Source: Squalus acanthias
Lineage: Eukaryota
Reading direction: 5' to 3'
DNA: 64,000 bases
NCBI GenBank assembly: GCA_030390025.1
Contig: CM059441.1
Location: forward strand, 68,200,001 to 68,264,000
The first letter of the stretch is position 1. Each line of letters opens with the position of its first letter. This document shows positions 1 through 55,207 of the stretch, piece by piece. The notes below the pieces were generated by a model, which did no database searches, was not told the origin of the DNA, and saw nothing but the letters and a program-made list of their open reading frames with translations. Both the position numbers and the translations under genes were made by a program.

Positions 1-28
1 GCGGGGATTGTTTGAGCTGCGCGCCGCC

Positions 29-167
29 ATGAAGCGGCGGTTGGAGCTTGAGTGGCGCTTGGCGGCGCACCCGGACTCCCGGGCATGGTTTGTGGCCTGG
101 AGCCCGACCGGGAACCTGCTGGCTTCGTGCGGGGGCGACCGGGCCGTGCGCATTTGGGCCAGAGAAG
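29..167 (+). CDS. CIAO1: CIAO1 exon 1
   Basis: [24 protein letters not shown]...WAREG; donor G|GTGCGA. Confidence 0.93.
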
Positions 168-3100
168 GTGCGAGCGGCTCTGGTGGGTGGGGGGTACCGG
201 AGGCCTAGGGGGTACCAGGGGCCTGGAGCCGCTTTACTGACTGTCCCCGTCTCTCTCTCTCTCTCTCTGTTCCAGGGGCCTCCTGGCTGTGCAAGTGCCT
301 GCTGGAAGACGGGCACCAGCGCACCGTGCGGAAGGTCGCCTGGTCGCCCTGCGGCAACTACCTGGCTTCAGTCAGCTTCGACGCTACCACCTGTATCTGG
401 AGGAAGAAGGAGGACGAGGGTGGATTTGAGGTAGCGCACTCCTAAACCGGGGCCCTGGCAGCGGCTGTGGGTTGGAGAAAGACAGACTTGCATTTCTATG
501 GCGCCTTTCACCACCTCAGGACGTCCCAAAGCGCTTTACAGCCAATGAAGTACTTTCTTTTTGAAGTGCAGTCACTGTTGTAATGTAGGAAACGCGGCAG
601 CCGATTTGCGCACCGCCAGCTCCCGCAAACAGCCGTGTGATAATGACCAGATAGTCTGTTTTTTGTAATGTTGATTGAGGGATAAATATTGACCAGGACA
701 CCGGGGAGAACGCCCACCCCTGCTCTTCTTCGAAATAGTGCCGTGGGATCGTTTACATCCGCCTGAGGGAGCAGACGGGGCCTTGGTTTAACGTCTCATC
801 CGCGAGGTGGCACCTCTGACAGTGGTACCCTCAGTACTGCCCTGGAGTGTCAGCCTAGATTTTTTTGCTCAAGTCTCTGGCGTGGGACTGGAACCCACAA
901 CCTGCTGCCTCAGAGGTGAGGGTGCTACCAACTGAGCCACGGCTGACGGGACCTGAGCTTATCATCTAGTCTGACAGCTGAGTGCTGCATTTGCTGGAGG
1001 TTCCTCCTTCTTCAGATGAGGCATTCAAATAGCCTGTCTGTTCCCCTGGATGTAAGGGGTAGGTGGGTGGCAGGAAGAAGCTTCCTTATTGGGGCTGATC
1101 ACGTCTCGGATGCCAGCCCACAAAGGGTCCAGGTCTTAAGCTGCTCCAGTGGTACATTTTAAAGAGGAGCAGACCCATCACTAATACTTCACTAACACAT
1201 GGGTGACATTTTCATGATGTGTTCAGGTAAACCTGAAAAACATCCAGCAATAGAATCATAGAAATTTATGGCACAGAATGAGGCCATTCGACCCATCGTG
1301 TCTGCTGGCCGAGAAAGAGCTATCCGGCCTAATCCCACCTTCCAGCTCTTGGTCCGTAGCCCTGTAGGTTACGGCACTTTGTAAATGTAATGAGGGTCTC
1401 TGCCTCTACCACCCTTTCAGGCAGAGAGTTCCAGACCCCTACCACCCTCTGGGTGAAAAAAGTTTTCCTCAACTCCCCTCGAATCCTTCCACCAATTACT
1501 TTAAATCTATGACCCCTGGTTATTGACCTCTCTCTGCTAAGGGAAATAGGTGCTTCCTATCCACTTTATCAAGGCCCCTCATAATTTTATACACCTCAAT
1601 TAAGTCTCCCCCTCAGCCGCCTCTGTTCCAAAGAAAACGGAGAAAGCAGCACGTTCTAGATTCTGCGTGTCTGGAAAGAGGATTTTCAGCTGTATAACAT
1701 TAGGGTGCAGTACTGGTGAGTACAGTTCTAGCATGATTGGAGCAATTTGAGGGGATGAATTTAGTATCCTACAAGATTTAAGTGTTAGCTAAAATGTGTT
1801 GTTTTCCCCCTACATTGGTTCTTCTATAAACTGGTTACTGCAACGGATCTCCGAACTGACAATCACAGGAAATGCAGTGTTTGCAAGCCAGATCAAGCTC
1901 AGTCCTGTGATCACAGTTAAGCTGTGCTTATCCTGGACTCTTTCCCACCTCCCCCTCCCCCAACAGCTCTGTGGGTAAATATACTGCCCCACATAGTACT
2001 GAGGAGCAGAGCAGAACAGTTATTTAGAGCCTGTGTGTGGTCTGATTATTAGATGCTCAGTTCCACATGTTTTCTTTTGACAGTGTTTGACAACTCTGGA
2101 AGGACATGAGAATGAAGTGAAGTCTGTCGCTTGGGCTCCATCTGGCAGTCTCCTAGCAACATGCAGCCGGGATAAAAGTGTGTGGGTTTGGGAAGGTGAG
2201 ACAATATTTAGTGAAGTGAGTCCTCTTTAAAAAAAAATCTGCCTGTAAAGAACCTGAGAAATCAAGTTGTTTAGGTAGGGGAGATATTTCTGTCCAGGCA
2301 GGTAAGCCTTGCAATTCACCATATCATAGATATAGAATCTTAGAATAAGCACAGAAGGAGGCCATTCAGCCCATTGAGTCTGTGCTGGCTCTTTCGAAGA
2401 GCAATCTAGTTATTCCCACTTCTCAGTTCTTTCCCCATATCCTCCCTGCATCTATATCAATGATTTGGCTAAAGAGTTGTATAATCTCAGTTTGCAGATG
2501 ACACCAAGTTAGGAGACACAGTAAGATGTGTAGATGGGAGCAGAAAGTTGCAAAGGGACATAGATTACGTGAGTGGACAAAACAGTGGCAGACAGAATTC
2601 ATTATTGGGAAGTGTGAGCTCATCCACTTTGAGTCCAAGATTAACAAATCAGAATATTTTCTAAACAGCGAGAGACCAAGAACTGTGGAGGAGCAAAGGA
2701 ATTTGTGTCTCCATGTACATCAATCACAAAGCTAGTGCACAGGCACAAGAAGTAATCAAAAAAGCTAATGGAATGTTGGCCTTTATCTCAAGGGGGTTGG
2801 AATATAACGGGGAGGAAGTTATAGGCCATTTAGGAGTGAAGTCAGGAAGCACTTTTTCCACACACGGTAGTGTAAATGTGTAACTTGCTCCACCAAAAGG
2901 TGTGGCTGTTGTGTCAATTGAAATTTTCAAGACTGAGAGCGATAGATTTTTGTTAGGTAAGGGTACCAAGGAATGTGGATCTAAGGTGGGTGAATTGAAT
3001 TGAGGTACAGATCAACCATGATCTGATTGAATGGCGGAACAGGCTCGGGGCTGAACGACCTGTTCCTGGTCCTATATACAGGACATCTCACCATTAATGA

Positions 3101-6100
3101 TTATAAAGTTGTAAAAGGAAAAATCTTCAGGCAGGCAGAAATTATGACAAAGACCTATAATAAACCAAAATGCTGTGTATATTTTGTAAGCTGTCTGGCT
3201 GCCACGTGCTCTTGACATTTCTAAATTAGTAACTTGCTGTGCTGAGGCAGAACAGCTGAGTCCAGTGGAGTGAGGTCTGTGTATCAGATGAACTGTTGCT
3301 GACTTTTCTAACTTGCATTGCAGTGGACGAAGAAGATGATTATGAGTGCGTGAGTGTACTGAATGCTCATACCCAGGATGTGAAACATGTGGTCTGGCAC
3401 CCAAACGGAGAGGTAAGAGTTTCCAAGAACCAGTATATCTACATTCCACACTGCCCTGCTTTCCTATTTGCAGCACCTCTGCCTTCTGGCAGGGGCTTGG
3501 ATATATATTCATAGAATCAGAGAAGTTTACGGCACAGAAGGAGGCCATTTGACCCATTGGGCTGGATTTTGATACTGGGGGTGGGGTGGGGTCGTGAATC
3601 CCACTTTTTGGGTTGTAGACCCGCCTCCATCGACTTGTGGCCAACCCACTGTATTTTCACTTGATTGACCTTGTTGAGCCCGCCCAGTGAGCTCAGCAGG
3701 CCAATTAAGGGCCACCCGGCAACAGGTGACGTCACAGATTGACATTTCATCTGTCAAGAGCTTTTGACATGAAATATCAGCGTTTGACAGCTCTGTGAAG
3801 CTGTCAAACACTGACAATTTGTCTTCTAATTTGAGTCCTTCCTCTCAGGCTGAGTTAGAAATCATTCCAGCACAGAAAACAGGCTGCAGTTTTTGACAGC
3901 ACCACGACCTTTCTGCTTTCTGTGCCGGTGAGATTTCTGACTCCCGAGAACTGAAGGGCTGACACCTGCAGGAGGAAGTTAAGGTAAGTAAAACTTTTTC
4001 CCACACTTGGAATTACCTTACACACATGCACCCATCACTCACCTGCCCACCGGACATATCGACCCCTCCAACCCCTGCAGACCCACGGTCCGCCCCGATA
4101 ACTTGGCGTGGTTGGCACCTGTCGGGAAGCCCACATTTCAGCTTTAAAAATAGGGATTAGGCAAAAAACTGCCTGTTAACTACCTGTTAACAGGCAGCTA
4201 ATCCCTTCCCGCCTCGGGGAGTCGGGTCGCAGCACAGGTCGGGTACCCGCCGCCAGCGAAACTGGCATGGAGGCAGGTTGGGGGCGGGACCCCCGAATCT
4301 GCAACTTTAACCCCCAACACGCCTCCAAACCCGACTCCACGGGTCAATGAAAATCCAGCCCATTATGTCCGTGCCGGCCGAAAAAGAGCTATCCAGCCTA
4401 AACCCACTTTCCAGCTCTTGGTCCATAGCCTTGTAGGTTATGGCACTTCCAAGTGCATATCCAAGTACTTTTTAAATGTGATGAGGGTTTCTGCCTTTAC
4501 CACTCTTTCAGGCAGTGAGTTTCAGACCCCAACTCCCCTCTAATCCTTTTACCAGTTACTTTAAATCTGTGCCCCCTGGTTATTGACCTCTGCTAAGGGA
4601 AATAGGTCCTTCCTATCCATTCTATCTAATTTTATGCATCTCAATTAAATCTTTTTGTAATACAATGCAGCAAGTCAGGGTCAGATAGTATATAGTCGAG
4701 ACCTTTAATGTGATGTAATGTGGTCAGGAGGATGTAACAATTGATCACGTTTCAGATTTTTAATGTATATTTCTGAACTCTGTACACTAGCTCCTGGCTT
4801 CTGGAAGTTATGATAACAGCATTAAGCTGTACAAGGAGGAGGATGATGACTGGGTCTGTATCAACACGCTTGAAGGTCATGAGTCTACAGTTTGGAGTAT
4901 TGCTTTTGATAAAACAGGGGAGCACTTGGTATCTTGCAGCGACGACAAAACTGTGAAAATCTGGAAAGCATACAGCCCTGGCAATGAACAAGGTAAAGAA
5001 GCTGAACCGGGCCTAGCAAAGCCCTTTTATTTTTCTGTTGATCCCACATAAATGGAATAAAGTATGACAAATTTGAATGAGATAGTCACAGTAATTTCAG
5101 TACAAACCATATACCGATATCTGAACCTGTTTATAAAGGTGCTGTCAGGCAAGCTGAAATGTTAGTATTGACCATTGCATTTGCTTCAATCTTTGGAACA
5201 GCCACTCCAAGGAACTTTGAACAGGCCATACAGTTTTATTATTTAAATCTTCCACCATCTCCTGCTCCTTTTCAGTTCTTATGTGGTTACTTTAAAAAAA
5301 AATCTTCGGCTGATAACTAGAAGGCTGGACATTAAAATTTCAACTGGTTCTGCCACAGTTAAGGTGATTTTTTTGAGTCAGTATTCAGAAGGCACTCTAG
5401 CACCTCGAGGAGCTATGAAATGTTAATGCATCATTGGTAATGCAAGCGTTATCCTGTTTGCTGGGTATTATATTTAGTGTGGTGGGAGTAGCATGCATGC
5501 GAGATAACTGATGCTAGAATGTAGTATGATAAAAGGCATGTTTTATTTCAGGCAAATAAGATTGTCAGGACCGCTGAAATATTTTTCTGCTGTTTCCCCA
5601 TTTAAGAATAGGATTCCACTAAATTTTGATGCCTTGCGTAGTGACAGTCATCCCCAATGTGCACTTTAAACTGGTTGATATGCTAAGTGGCTTTCTTTTT
5701 GGTGCAGGTGTGGTGTGCACTGGCTCAGATCAGTCCTGGAAGTGCATCTGCACCCTATCGGGCTTCCATACTCGTGCCATCTATGACATCTCGTGGTAAG
5801 TTCAAAGTCATCAGTATGTTGGTACCTTGTCACATGGAAAGTTCCCCATTCTCACGTAGAATTCCTTAATGATTGACACAAAATATATGTAAATAAATAT
5901 TGGGAAGACTGAAGCCATTGTCTTCGGTCCCCGCCACAAACTCCGTTCCCTAGCCACCGATTCCATCCCTCTCCCTAGCATCTGTCTGAGGCTGAACCAG
6001 CCTGTTCGCAACCTTGGTGTCATATTTGACCCTGAAATGAGCTTCCGGCCACATATCCACGCCATCACCAAGACCGCCTACTTCCACCGCCGTAACATCG

Positions 6101-7027
6101 CCCGTCTCCGCCCCTGCCTCAGCTCATCCGCTGCTGAAACCCTCATCCATGCCTTTGTTACCTCTAGACTTGACTATTCCAACAAACTCCTGGCTGGCCT
6201 CCCACGTTCTACCCTACGTAAACTTGGTCAGCCAAAACTCGGCTGCCCGTGTCCTAACTCGCACCAAGTCCCGCTCATCCATCACCCCTGTGCTCGCTGA
6301 CCTATATTGGCTCCCGGTTAAGGAAGCCTCCATTTTAAAATGTCTCCATGGCCTTGCCCCTCCCTATCTCTGTAACCTCCTCCAGCCCGCCGTGATCTCT
6401 GTGCGCCTCCAATTCTGGCCTCTTGAGCATCCCTGATTTTAAATCACTCAACTATTGGCAGCTATGCTTTCAACGGCCGGGCCCTAAGCTATGGAATTCC
6501 CTCCCTAAACCTCTCCGTTTTTCTTTCCGCTTTGACTACGCTTTTGGTCATCTGACAAACAACTGGTATGTGTAAATAGAGGGCACATAATATATGTTGG
6601 CATAGGCACAGTGTGCAAACATCTCACCACCACTGTACACTTCTAGCATTTTCAATGTAACATAATTTGGAATCAGCCTTTCAGTTGTATTTAGGGAGGC
6701 TCTTAAGAATTGCCCTGGTAGCCGTCATTGCCCAAAGTGCTGGACTTTACTTTTAAAAACACTTCTAAACATTCACTAATTGTTCCTTTCAGGTGTCACA
6801 TGACTGATGCTATAGCAACGGCATGTGGTGATGATGCAATCAGGATCTTCGAGGAGGACCCTGGCTCTGACCCGCACCAGCCAACATTTTCACTCACGGC
6901 CCATGTCCCAAAAGCACACACTCAGGACGTCAACTGTGTGGCGTGGAACCCAAAGCAGGCGGGGCAGTTGGCAGCATGCAGCGATGATGGGGACATTAGC
7001 ATCTGGAGATACGAGTTTGAAGATTAG
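29..7027 (+). CDS. CIAO1: CIAO1, cytosolic iron-sulfur assembly component 1 (WD40 protein); spliced CDS join(29..167,276..430,2084..2195,3324..3412,4791..4992,5708..5795,6793..7027)
   Basis: Seven exons with GT-AG borders total 1020 nt = 339 aa plus stop. WD40 repeats include [73 protein letters not shown] and [13 protein letters not shown]. Strong Kozak context gccgccATG. Confidence 0.97.
276..430 (+). CDS. CIAO1: CIAO1 exon 2
   Basis: (CT)n tract + CAG acceptor; [19 protein letters not shown]...GGFE; donor GTAGCG. Confidence 0.93.
479..948 (-). mobile_element. tRNA-head DeuSINE (SacSINE1-like), full length
   Basis: A box TGGCTCAGTTGG and B box GGTTCCAGTCC on -; Deu-like core GGTGCC..GGATGAGACGTTAAACC; L2-type tail AAGGCGCCATAGAAATGCAAGTC. 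Confidence 0.8.
1252..1637 (-). mobile_element. CR1 LINE 3' fragment
   Basis: Reverse complement encodes [16 protein letters not shown]..; CR1 tail. Confidence 0.75.
2084..2195 (+). CDS. CIAO1: CIAO1 exon 3
   Basis: [17 protein letters not shown]...SVWVWE; donor GTGAG. Confidence 0.95.
2325..3075 (+). mobile_element. CR1 LINE fragments (decayed)
   Basis: [27 protein letters not shown] motifs. Confidence 0.7.
3324..3412 (+). CDS. CIAO1: CIAO1 exon 4
   Basis: [29 protein letters not shown]; donor GTAAG. Confidence 0.95.
3559..4361. mobile_element. Non-autonomous DNA transposon (PIF/Harbinger-like MITE)
   Basis: TIR GGGCTGGATTTT / AAAATCCAGCCC; 3-bp TSD ATT; inserted into a CR1 3' tail. Confidence 0.8.
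4791..4992 (+). CDS. CIAO1: CIAO1 exon 5
   Basis: [21 protein letters not shown]...PGNEQ; donor GTAAA. Confidence 0.95.
5708..5795 (+). CDS. CIAO1: CIAO1 exon 6
   Basis: [29 protein letters not shown]; donor GTAAG. Confidence 0.95.
5890..6560 (+). mobile_element. L2 LINE 3' fragment
   Basis: [34 protein letters not shown]. Confidence 0.85.
6793..7027 (+). CDS. CIAO1: CIAO1 exon 7 (last coding exon)
   Basis: [22 protein letters not shown]...IWRYEFED-stop. Confidence 0.95.
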
Positions 7028-7499
7028 AGCAAGGATTCATCCAGAGCTGTTCTACACGAACAATTAATGCAGGCGTTCTCGACAACTGCATTGCAATGCA
7101 CAGTAGCTGTCCAGTCCTGGAATTAATCACCACGACTACTTCATGTAACCATTTTCACATTTGCACTAATGATCTTGCCACTTGATGGTGATGTTCTGCC
7201 TACTAGTAAATGTTGTACATAGCTTAATTATCAGTTTAACAAACAGCAATTTGCTTTTAAGTACTTTTCAAAAAGTACAATTGGTGTTTATCTTACAGCT
7301 CCTTTGCTATTAGTTTTAAGCCTATTCAGTCAGTTGGCATTAGCAATTACAGTAGACTGCAAAATCGATCATTTAGACATTCATAGTGTACTCGTAAGTG
7401 TGGCAGATTCTTGAAGCTCTGACAGATGTAGGGGAGGAATTCTTCTCCTGTGATGTTTACAGATCCACATTGTATGTGTGCAGTCTAAAGGAACTGTTC

Positions 7500-7505
7500 A
7501 ATAAA
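7500..7505 (+). terminator. Candidate CIAO1 polyadenylation signal AATAAA
   Basis: AATAAA about 470 nt after the stop codon. Confidence 0.55.
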
Positions 7506-7939
7506 ATCTTCATCTATAACATTACTCAGTCTGTAATTGAGATGTTAACTAGGAATGCTGGTAGTTTACATAAGTTTTTTCTGCTTTAAGAAGGCTGCAT
7601 ATTAATATTCAAAGCACTGGAGAAAATACAAGATAGAATCATTGGGCAAAGAGGCAGTTAATAACTGCCATTTAATTTTATGCTAAGCACATTTCCACAT
7701 CTATCTTTAGTGATGGTCGTGGGGCCCTGGTAATATTAACCAAAGTCTGGGGAGGAAGAGACTCAAGTTATTGACCATCAAGTGATGATTGTTATGCTTC
7801 AGTGGAGACAACAGTTAAATAAGGGAGCCCAGAAACATTTCAGTGCAATTTTTGAAGAGAAGTAGCTATATTACTGGAATCCAAAACATATTTACCCAGG
7901 CTTGGTTCTGGCAGTAGGTGGATAGGGGAGTGTCGATGG

Positions 7940-8590
7940 GTGTTACCCATGGGTGTGCAAAACTATGGCAGATGGCGCTCAATGCAGGGAAGTGCAAAAT
8001 CATCCGTTTTGGATCCAAGAATCACGTCAGAATATTAATGACGAAGACTAGGAATTGCAGAGAAGCAGTGGGATTTAGACATCCATATACACAAATCACA
8101 AAAGGTAGTGTACAGATACAAAAAGTAATTAAAAAGGAAGTGATGCTTCAGTTGTACAGAGCCTTGGTCAGACCCCATCTGGAGTGTGTTCAGTTTTAGG
8201 CACTGCACCTCAGGAAAGATATATTGGCCTTGGAAGGGGTACAGTGTAGATTCACAACAATGATGAGGGCTAGAACAAGTTGCATAAACTGGGTTTGTAT
8301 TCCCTTGAGTTTAGAAGGTTGAGGGTAAGATACAGAGCAAGTCTTTCCTATGGTGGGAGAATCCAGAACAAGAGCACGTAACCTTAAAATTAGAGCTAGG
8401 CCATTTAGGAGTGAAATTAGTATTGGAAATCGCTCCCCTAAAAAGCTGTGGCTGTTGGGTTAATGGACGTTTTCAAGACTGAGATCAATGGATTTTTGTT
8501 GGGTAAGGGTATCAAGGGATCTGGAGTTGAGGTACAGATTAGCCATGGTGGAACAGGCTCAAGGGGCTGAATGGCCTACTCCTGCTCCTG
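7940..8590 (+). mobile_element. CR1 LINE 3' fragment
   Basis: WQMALNAGKCKIIRFG, QLYRALVRPHLE; tail gaatggcctactcctgctcc. Confidence 0.75.
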
Positions 8591-8611
8591 GCCATGAGAC
8601 AATTTATGGAA

Positions 8612-9038
8612 ACACAAAGAAAATACTGCAGATGCTGGAAATCTGAAATAAAAACAAAATGCTGGAGATACTCAGCAGGTCAGGCAGCATCTGTAAAGAG
8701 AAAAACAGAGTTAATGTTTCAGGTCAATGACCTTTCGTCAGAACTGGGAAGAAAGCAAGAAATGGAACAGATTTTTAAACAAGTGTAGGGGCTGGGAAAT
8801 AGGGGAGGAGATGAAAGAACAAAAGGGAAGGTCTGTGATAGGGTAGAAGGCAGGAGAAGTTAAGAGACATTCAAGGCAAAAGGAAATGTTAAGAAACAAA
8901 GGATGGCTCTAGATGAAGTGTAAATTGTGCTGGCAGAATGAAAGACAGCTGCCATGAGAGAACAGAAGGCACAAACAAAAAGTGGATAAAAAATATATAT
9001 GATAGAGGCCAGGTTATGATCTGAAATTGTGGAACTCA
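8612..9038 (-). mobile_element. Penelope 3'-end fragment (older)
   Basis: Homologous to 55106-55392, including the ORF end (ttatgatctgaaattgtggaactca). Confidence 0.7.
8709..8745 (-). ncRNA. Minimal hammerhead ribozyme motif (helix III mutated to ACAU)
   Basis: AGUU-CUGACGA-A-AGGUC(AUU)GACCU-GAAACAUU-AACU. Confidence 0.55.
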
Positions 9039-9264
9039 GTAAATTTAAAATTGTAACCCCACAGCAAATCCTGCAGAAGCCAGGCAAGAATTAGCAGGTT
9101 GCTCAACACTTTTGTTCGTCCAATGCCTTACTTGAATGAAGATGCTGCGTATTTACTGCAAAAGACAATCTACGACAAAGGCATAAAGTTCTTTACCACT
9201 CACACAAGTTAAACAGCAGAGTAGTTCAATGTATCTAATTACAGACACGTGGAAATGTGTACAA
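9035..9264 (+). repeat. About 230-bp direct duplicate of the SNRNP200 3' UTR segment 9990-10220
   Basis: Near-identical sequence from ctcagtaaatttaaaattgtaacccc to ggaaatgtgtacaa. Confidence 0.9.
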
Positions 9265-9779
9265 TTTATGGATAAGGAATGGTCAGGGTTTAGGTGATAG
9301 TAATGCACCCAACTGTAGCTAGTGTAGAAGGGAATTGATTCAGTAAAGGAAAACAATCTCATTGGGAGGTGGTGGGGGTGAACTAGGAACACAGTGAAAG
9401 TTTCAATGAGATGTGCAGAACCTTGGGCCCAAAATCAGCAGACTCACCTCTTACTTAACATGGATCAGGCTGCTACACCGAGTTTCAGTCTGGACCTCAG
9501 TTGGGAAACTTCTCGATGTCTGGTTTACATAAAGCTCTGTAATATATCAGTATGTCTAAACAGCGTGCCTAACAGATTCACAAAGATAATACTGACCTCC
9601 TCTCACCGGAGACCAGATGCGAAGGGACTTACTACAGGAGAAAAGTAATAGCTGAACAATTCTGTAGGAAGATTCTATATCCTGGAGTTTGGGAACTGGA
9701 ACTGTGGCACTCGGCCCTCATTTGTTAAAAATAGAGAACCTAACAGACTTAAAATTAAACACCAAAGGGAATTTTATAT

Positions 9780-9785
9780 TTTATT
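9780..9785 (-). terminator. Candidate SNRNP200 polyadenylation signal AATAAA
   Basis: tttatt on + strand about 500 nt downstream of the SNRNP200 stop. Confidence 0.55.
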
Positions 9786-10285
9786 TAGGCTCAATCCCCA
9801 AGTAGCAATAAGCAAGGTTACACACATTAGTGGGTACAGACCTGCCACAGCTCACTCTTACACTTACAAAAGCTCACCATAAAAACTGTACAAATTACTT
9901 TTTTTGGGCTGAAAAAGCAGCTGGCGAAATCTTGGTCGAACTTAAAGTCTTTGAACACGTTTTACAAACTATAGCAGAAGCCACTGCATCTCAGTAAATT
10001 TAAAATTGTAACCCCCACAGTAAATCCTGCAGAAGCCAGGCAAGAATCAGCAGGTTGCTCAACACTTTTGTTAGTCCAATGCCTTACTTGAATGAAGATG
10101 TTGCGTATTTACTGCAAAAGCCAATCTACGACAAAGGCATAAAGTTCTTTACCACTCTCACAAGTTAAACAGCAGAGTAGTTAAATGTATCTAATTACAG
10201 ACACGTGGAAATGTGTACAAAATCTCCCAGGATCCAGGCATAACAGCAGCAACCTTTACAGAGCCACAGATATGGATCTGGCTGT

Positions 10286-53947
<43,662 letters not shown>

Positions 53948-54318
53948 GACTGCTGCCCCTGCCGCTCGACTCTCCTCACAAACCCCACGACGTTCGAGCC
54001 TGACCTCCCGCGACTGCTACCGGGTCAGGGCCGAGCGATCTCCATGGTTACGGGCCTGTAGGCCCCCCCCGCCCGGCTGCCTGCCCTCATCCTCTCAACG
54101 GACAGCTGTGCGGACAGGCGAGTCACATTCATAAATTGTCCATTGATGAATTTGTGTCCGAGTTTATCCTTTTCTCTTTGTAGCAGCCGCAGAAAGTAAT
54201 TTCCCTCCTGCCATCGAGTAAAATGTTAATTGGAATAAAGAGCCGCCGCGTGGAATAACTCGGGCTCGCTCGGCCGCCATTTTAGTCGCCTTGCCACCAT
54301 TTGCGGCCCGGTCTATTT

Positions 54319-54752
54319 TTTTTGTCATTAATCTTTTTATTCAAGTACAATAGTACTTATACAACTCATCAATTACATAGTAAACCTTCTCATTCCTTGA
54401 TCACAATAAACAATAAAGCCTTAAAAAACAGCTTTATGGATTTCGATTTTGTCATTTTTTTTACAAATAATCAATAATATTTACAGTACAAATACTCTTA
54501 AACAATACCACACAACTTTTTAGATTTAAAATAATAAATCTCAAAGTTAACTCCACAATAAAACAAAAACCATTTCAACACCACAGTGTACAAACACATA
54601 GCACCATCATAATCCAATTAAATGCTACAGATAACACTTATTCCAATAAACCAAGAACCCCCCCCCCCCCGTTTTACGCCAGTCCTACTGGCATTGTTCG
54701 TTCGATCATTCATTCAATTGTTCGTTCGTTCATTCAAGCGTTCGTTCGATCG
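54319..54752 (-). mobile_element. Polyadenylated retro-insertion (possibly an L1/Tx1-type 3' UTR) at the edge of the SNRNP200 promoter
   Basis: 11-bp TSD CCGGTCTATTT; T-run and tttatt at the left end (AATAAA and poly(A) on -). Confidence 0.6.
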
Positions 54753-55170
54753 CCGGTCTATTTAGTTGGGACTTCTGTGGCCATTTTCTCCACACACCCA
54801 GCCCGTTGTGACTGGCACGGATAAACAATCTGAGCAACATTTGTTTGTCCTGCAGAACTGCCCCGGATCAGCTAGAGACTTGTTCTGAGTTTTCTTTTTC
54901 TTAACTGTATACATAGAGAGAAAGGAAAGAAAGACTTGCATTTCTATAGCGCCTTTCACGACCTCAGGATGTCCCAAAGTGCTTCACAGCCAATGAAGTA
55001 CTTTTTTTGAAGTGTAGTCACTGTTGTAGGAAACGCGTCAGCCAATTTGAGCACAGCAAGCTCCCAAAAACAGTAATGTGATAATGACCAAATAATCTGT
55101 TTCTGAAATAACAACAGAAAATGCTGGAAACACTCAGCAGGCCAGGCAGCATCTGTGGAGAGAGAAAGAG

Positions 55171-55207
55171 AGTTTACGTTTCAGGTCTGGGACCCTTCAT
55201 CAGAACT
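55171..55207 (-). ncRNA. Minimal hammerhead ribozyme motif
   Basis: AGUU-CUGAUGA-A-GGGUC(CCA)GACCU-GAAACGUA^AACU. Confidence 0.65.

Larger units (their letters stand above)
1..470. promoter_or_regulatory. CpG-island-like region over the CIAO1 5' end
   Basis: Very GC-rich and CpG-dense relative to the rest of the window; covers the start codon and exons 1-2. Confidence 0.7.

Noticed and set aside
860-948. tRNA-like A/B boxes as tRNA genes
   Set aside because: They are SINE heads followed by the SINE body and tail, with no complete cloverleaf.
3072-3644. 190-aa minus-strand ORF
   Set aside because: It spans a MITE end, a CR1 tail and the antisense of CIAO1 exon 4, with no protein-like motif.
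54695-54752. Short spaced repeats as a CRISPR-like array
   Set aside because: It is a simple GTTC/ATTC microsatellite with no spacers.
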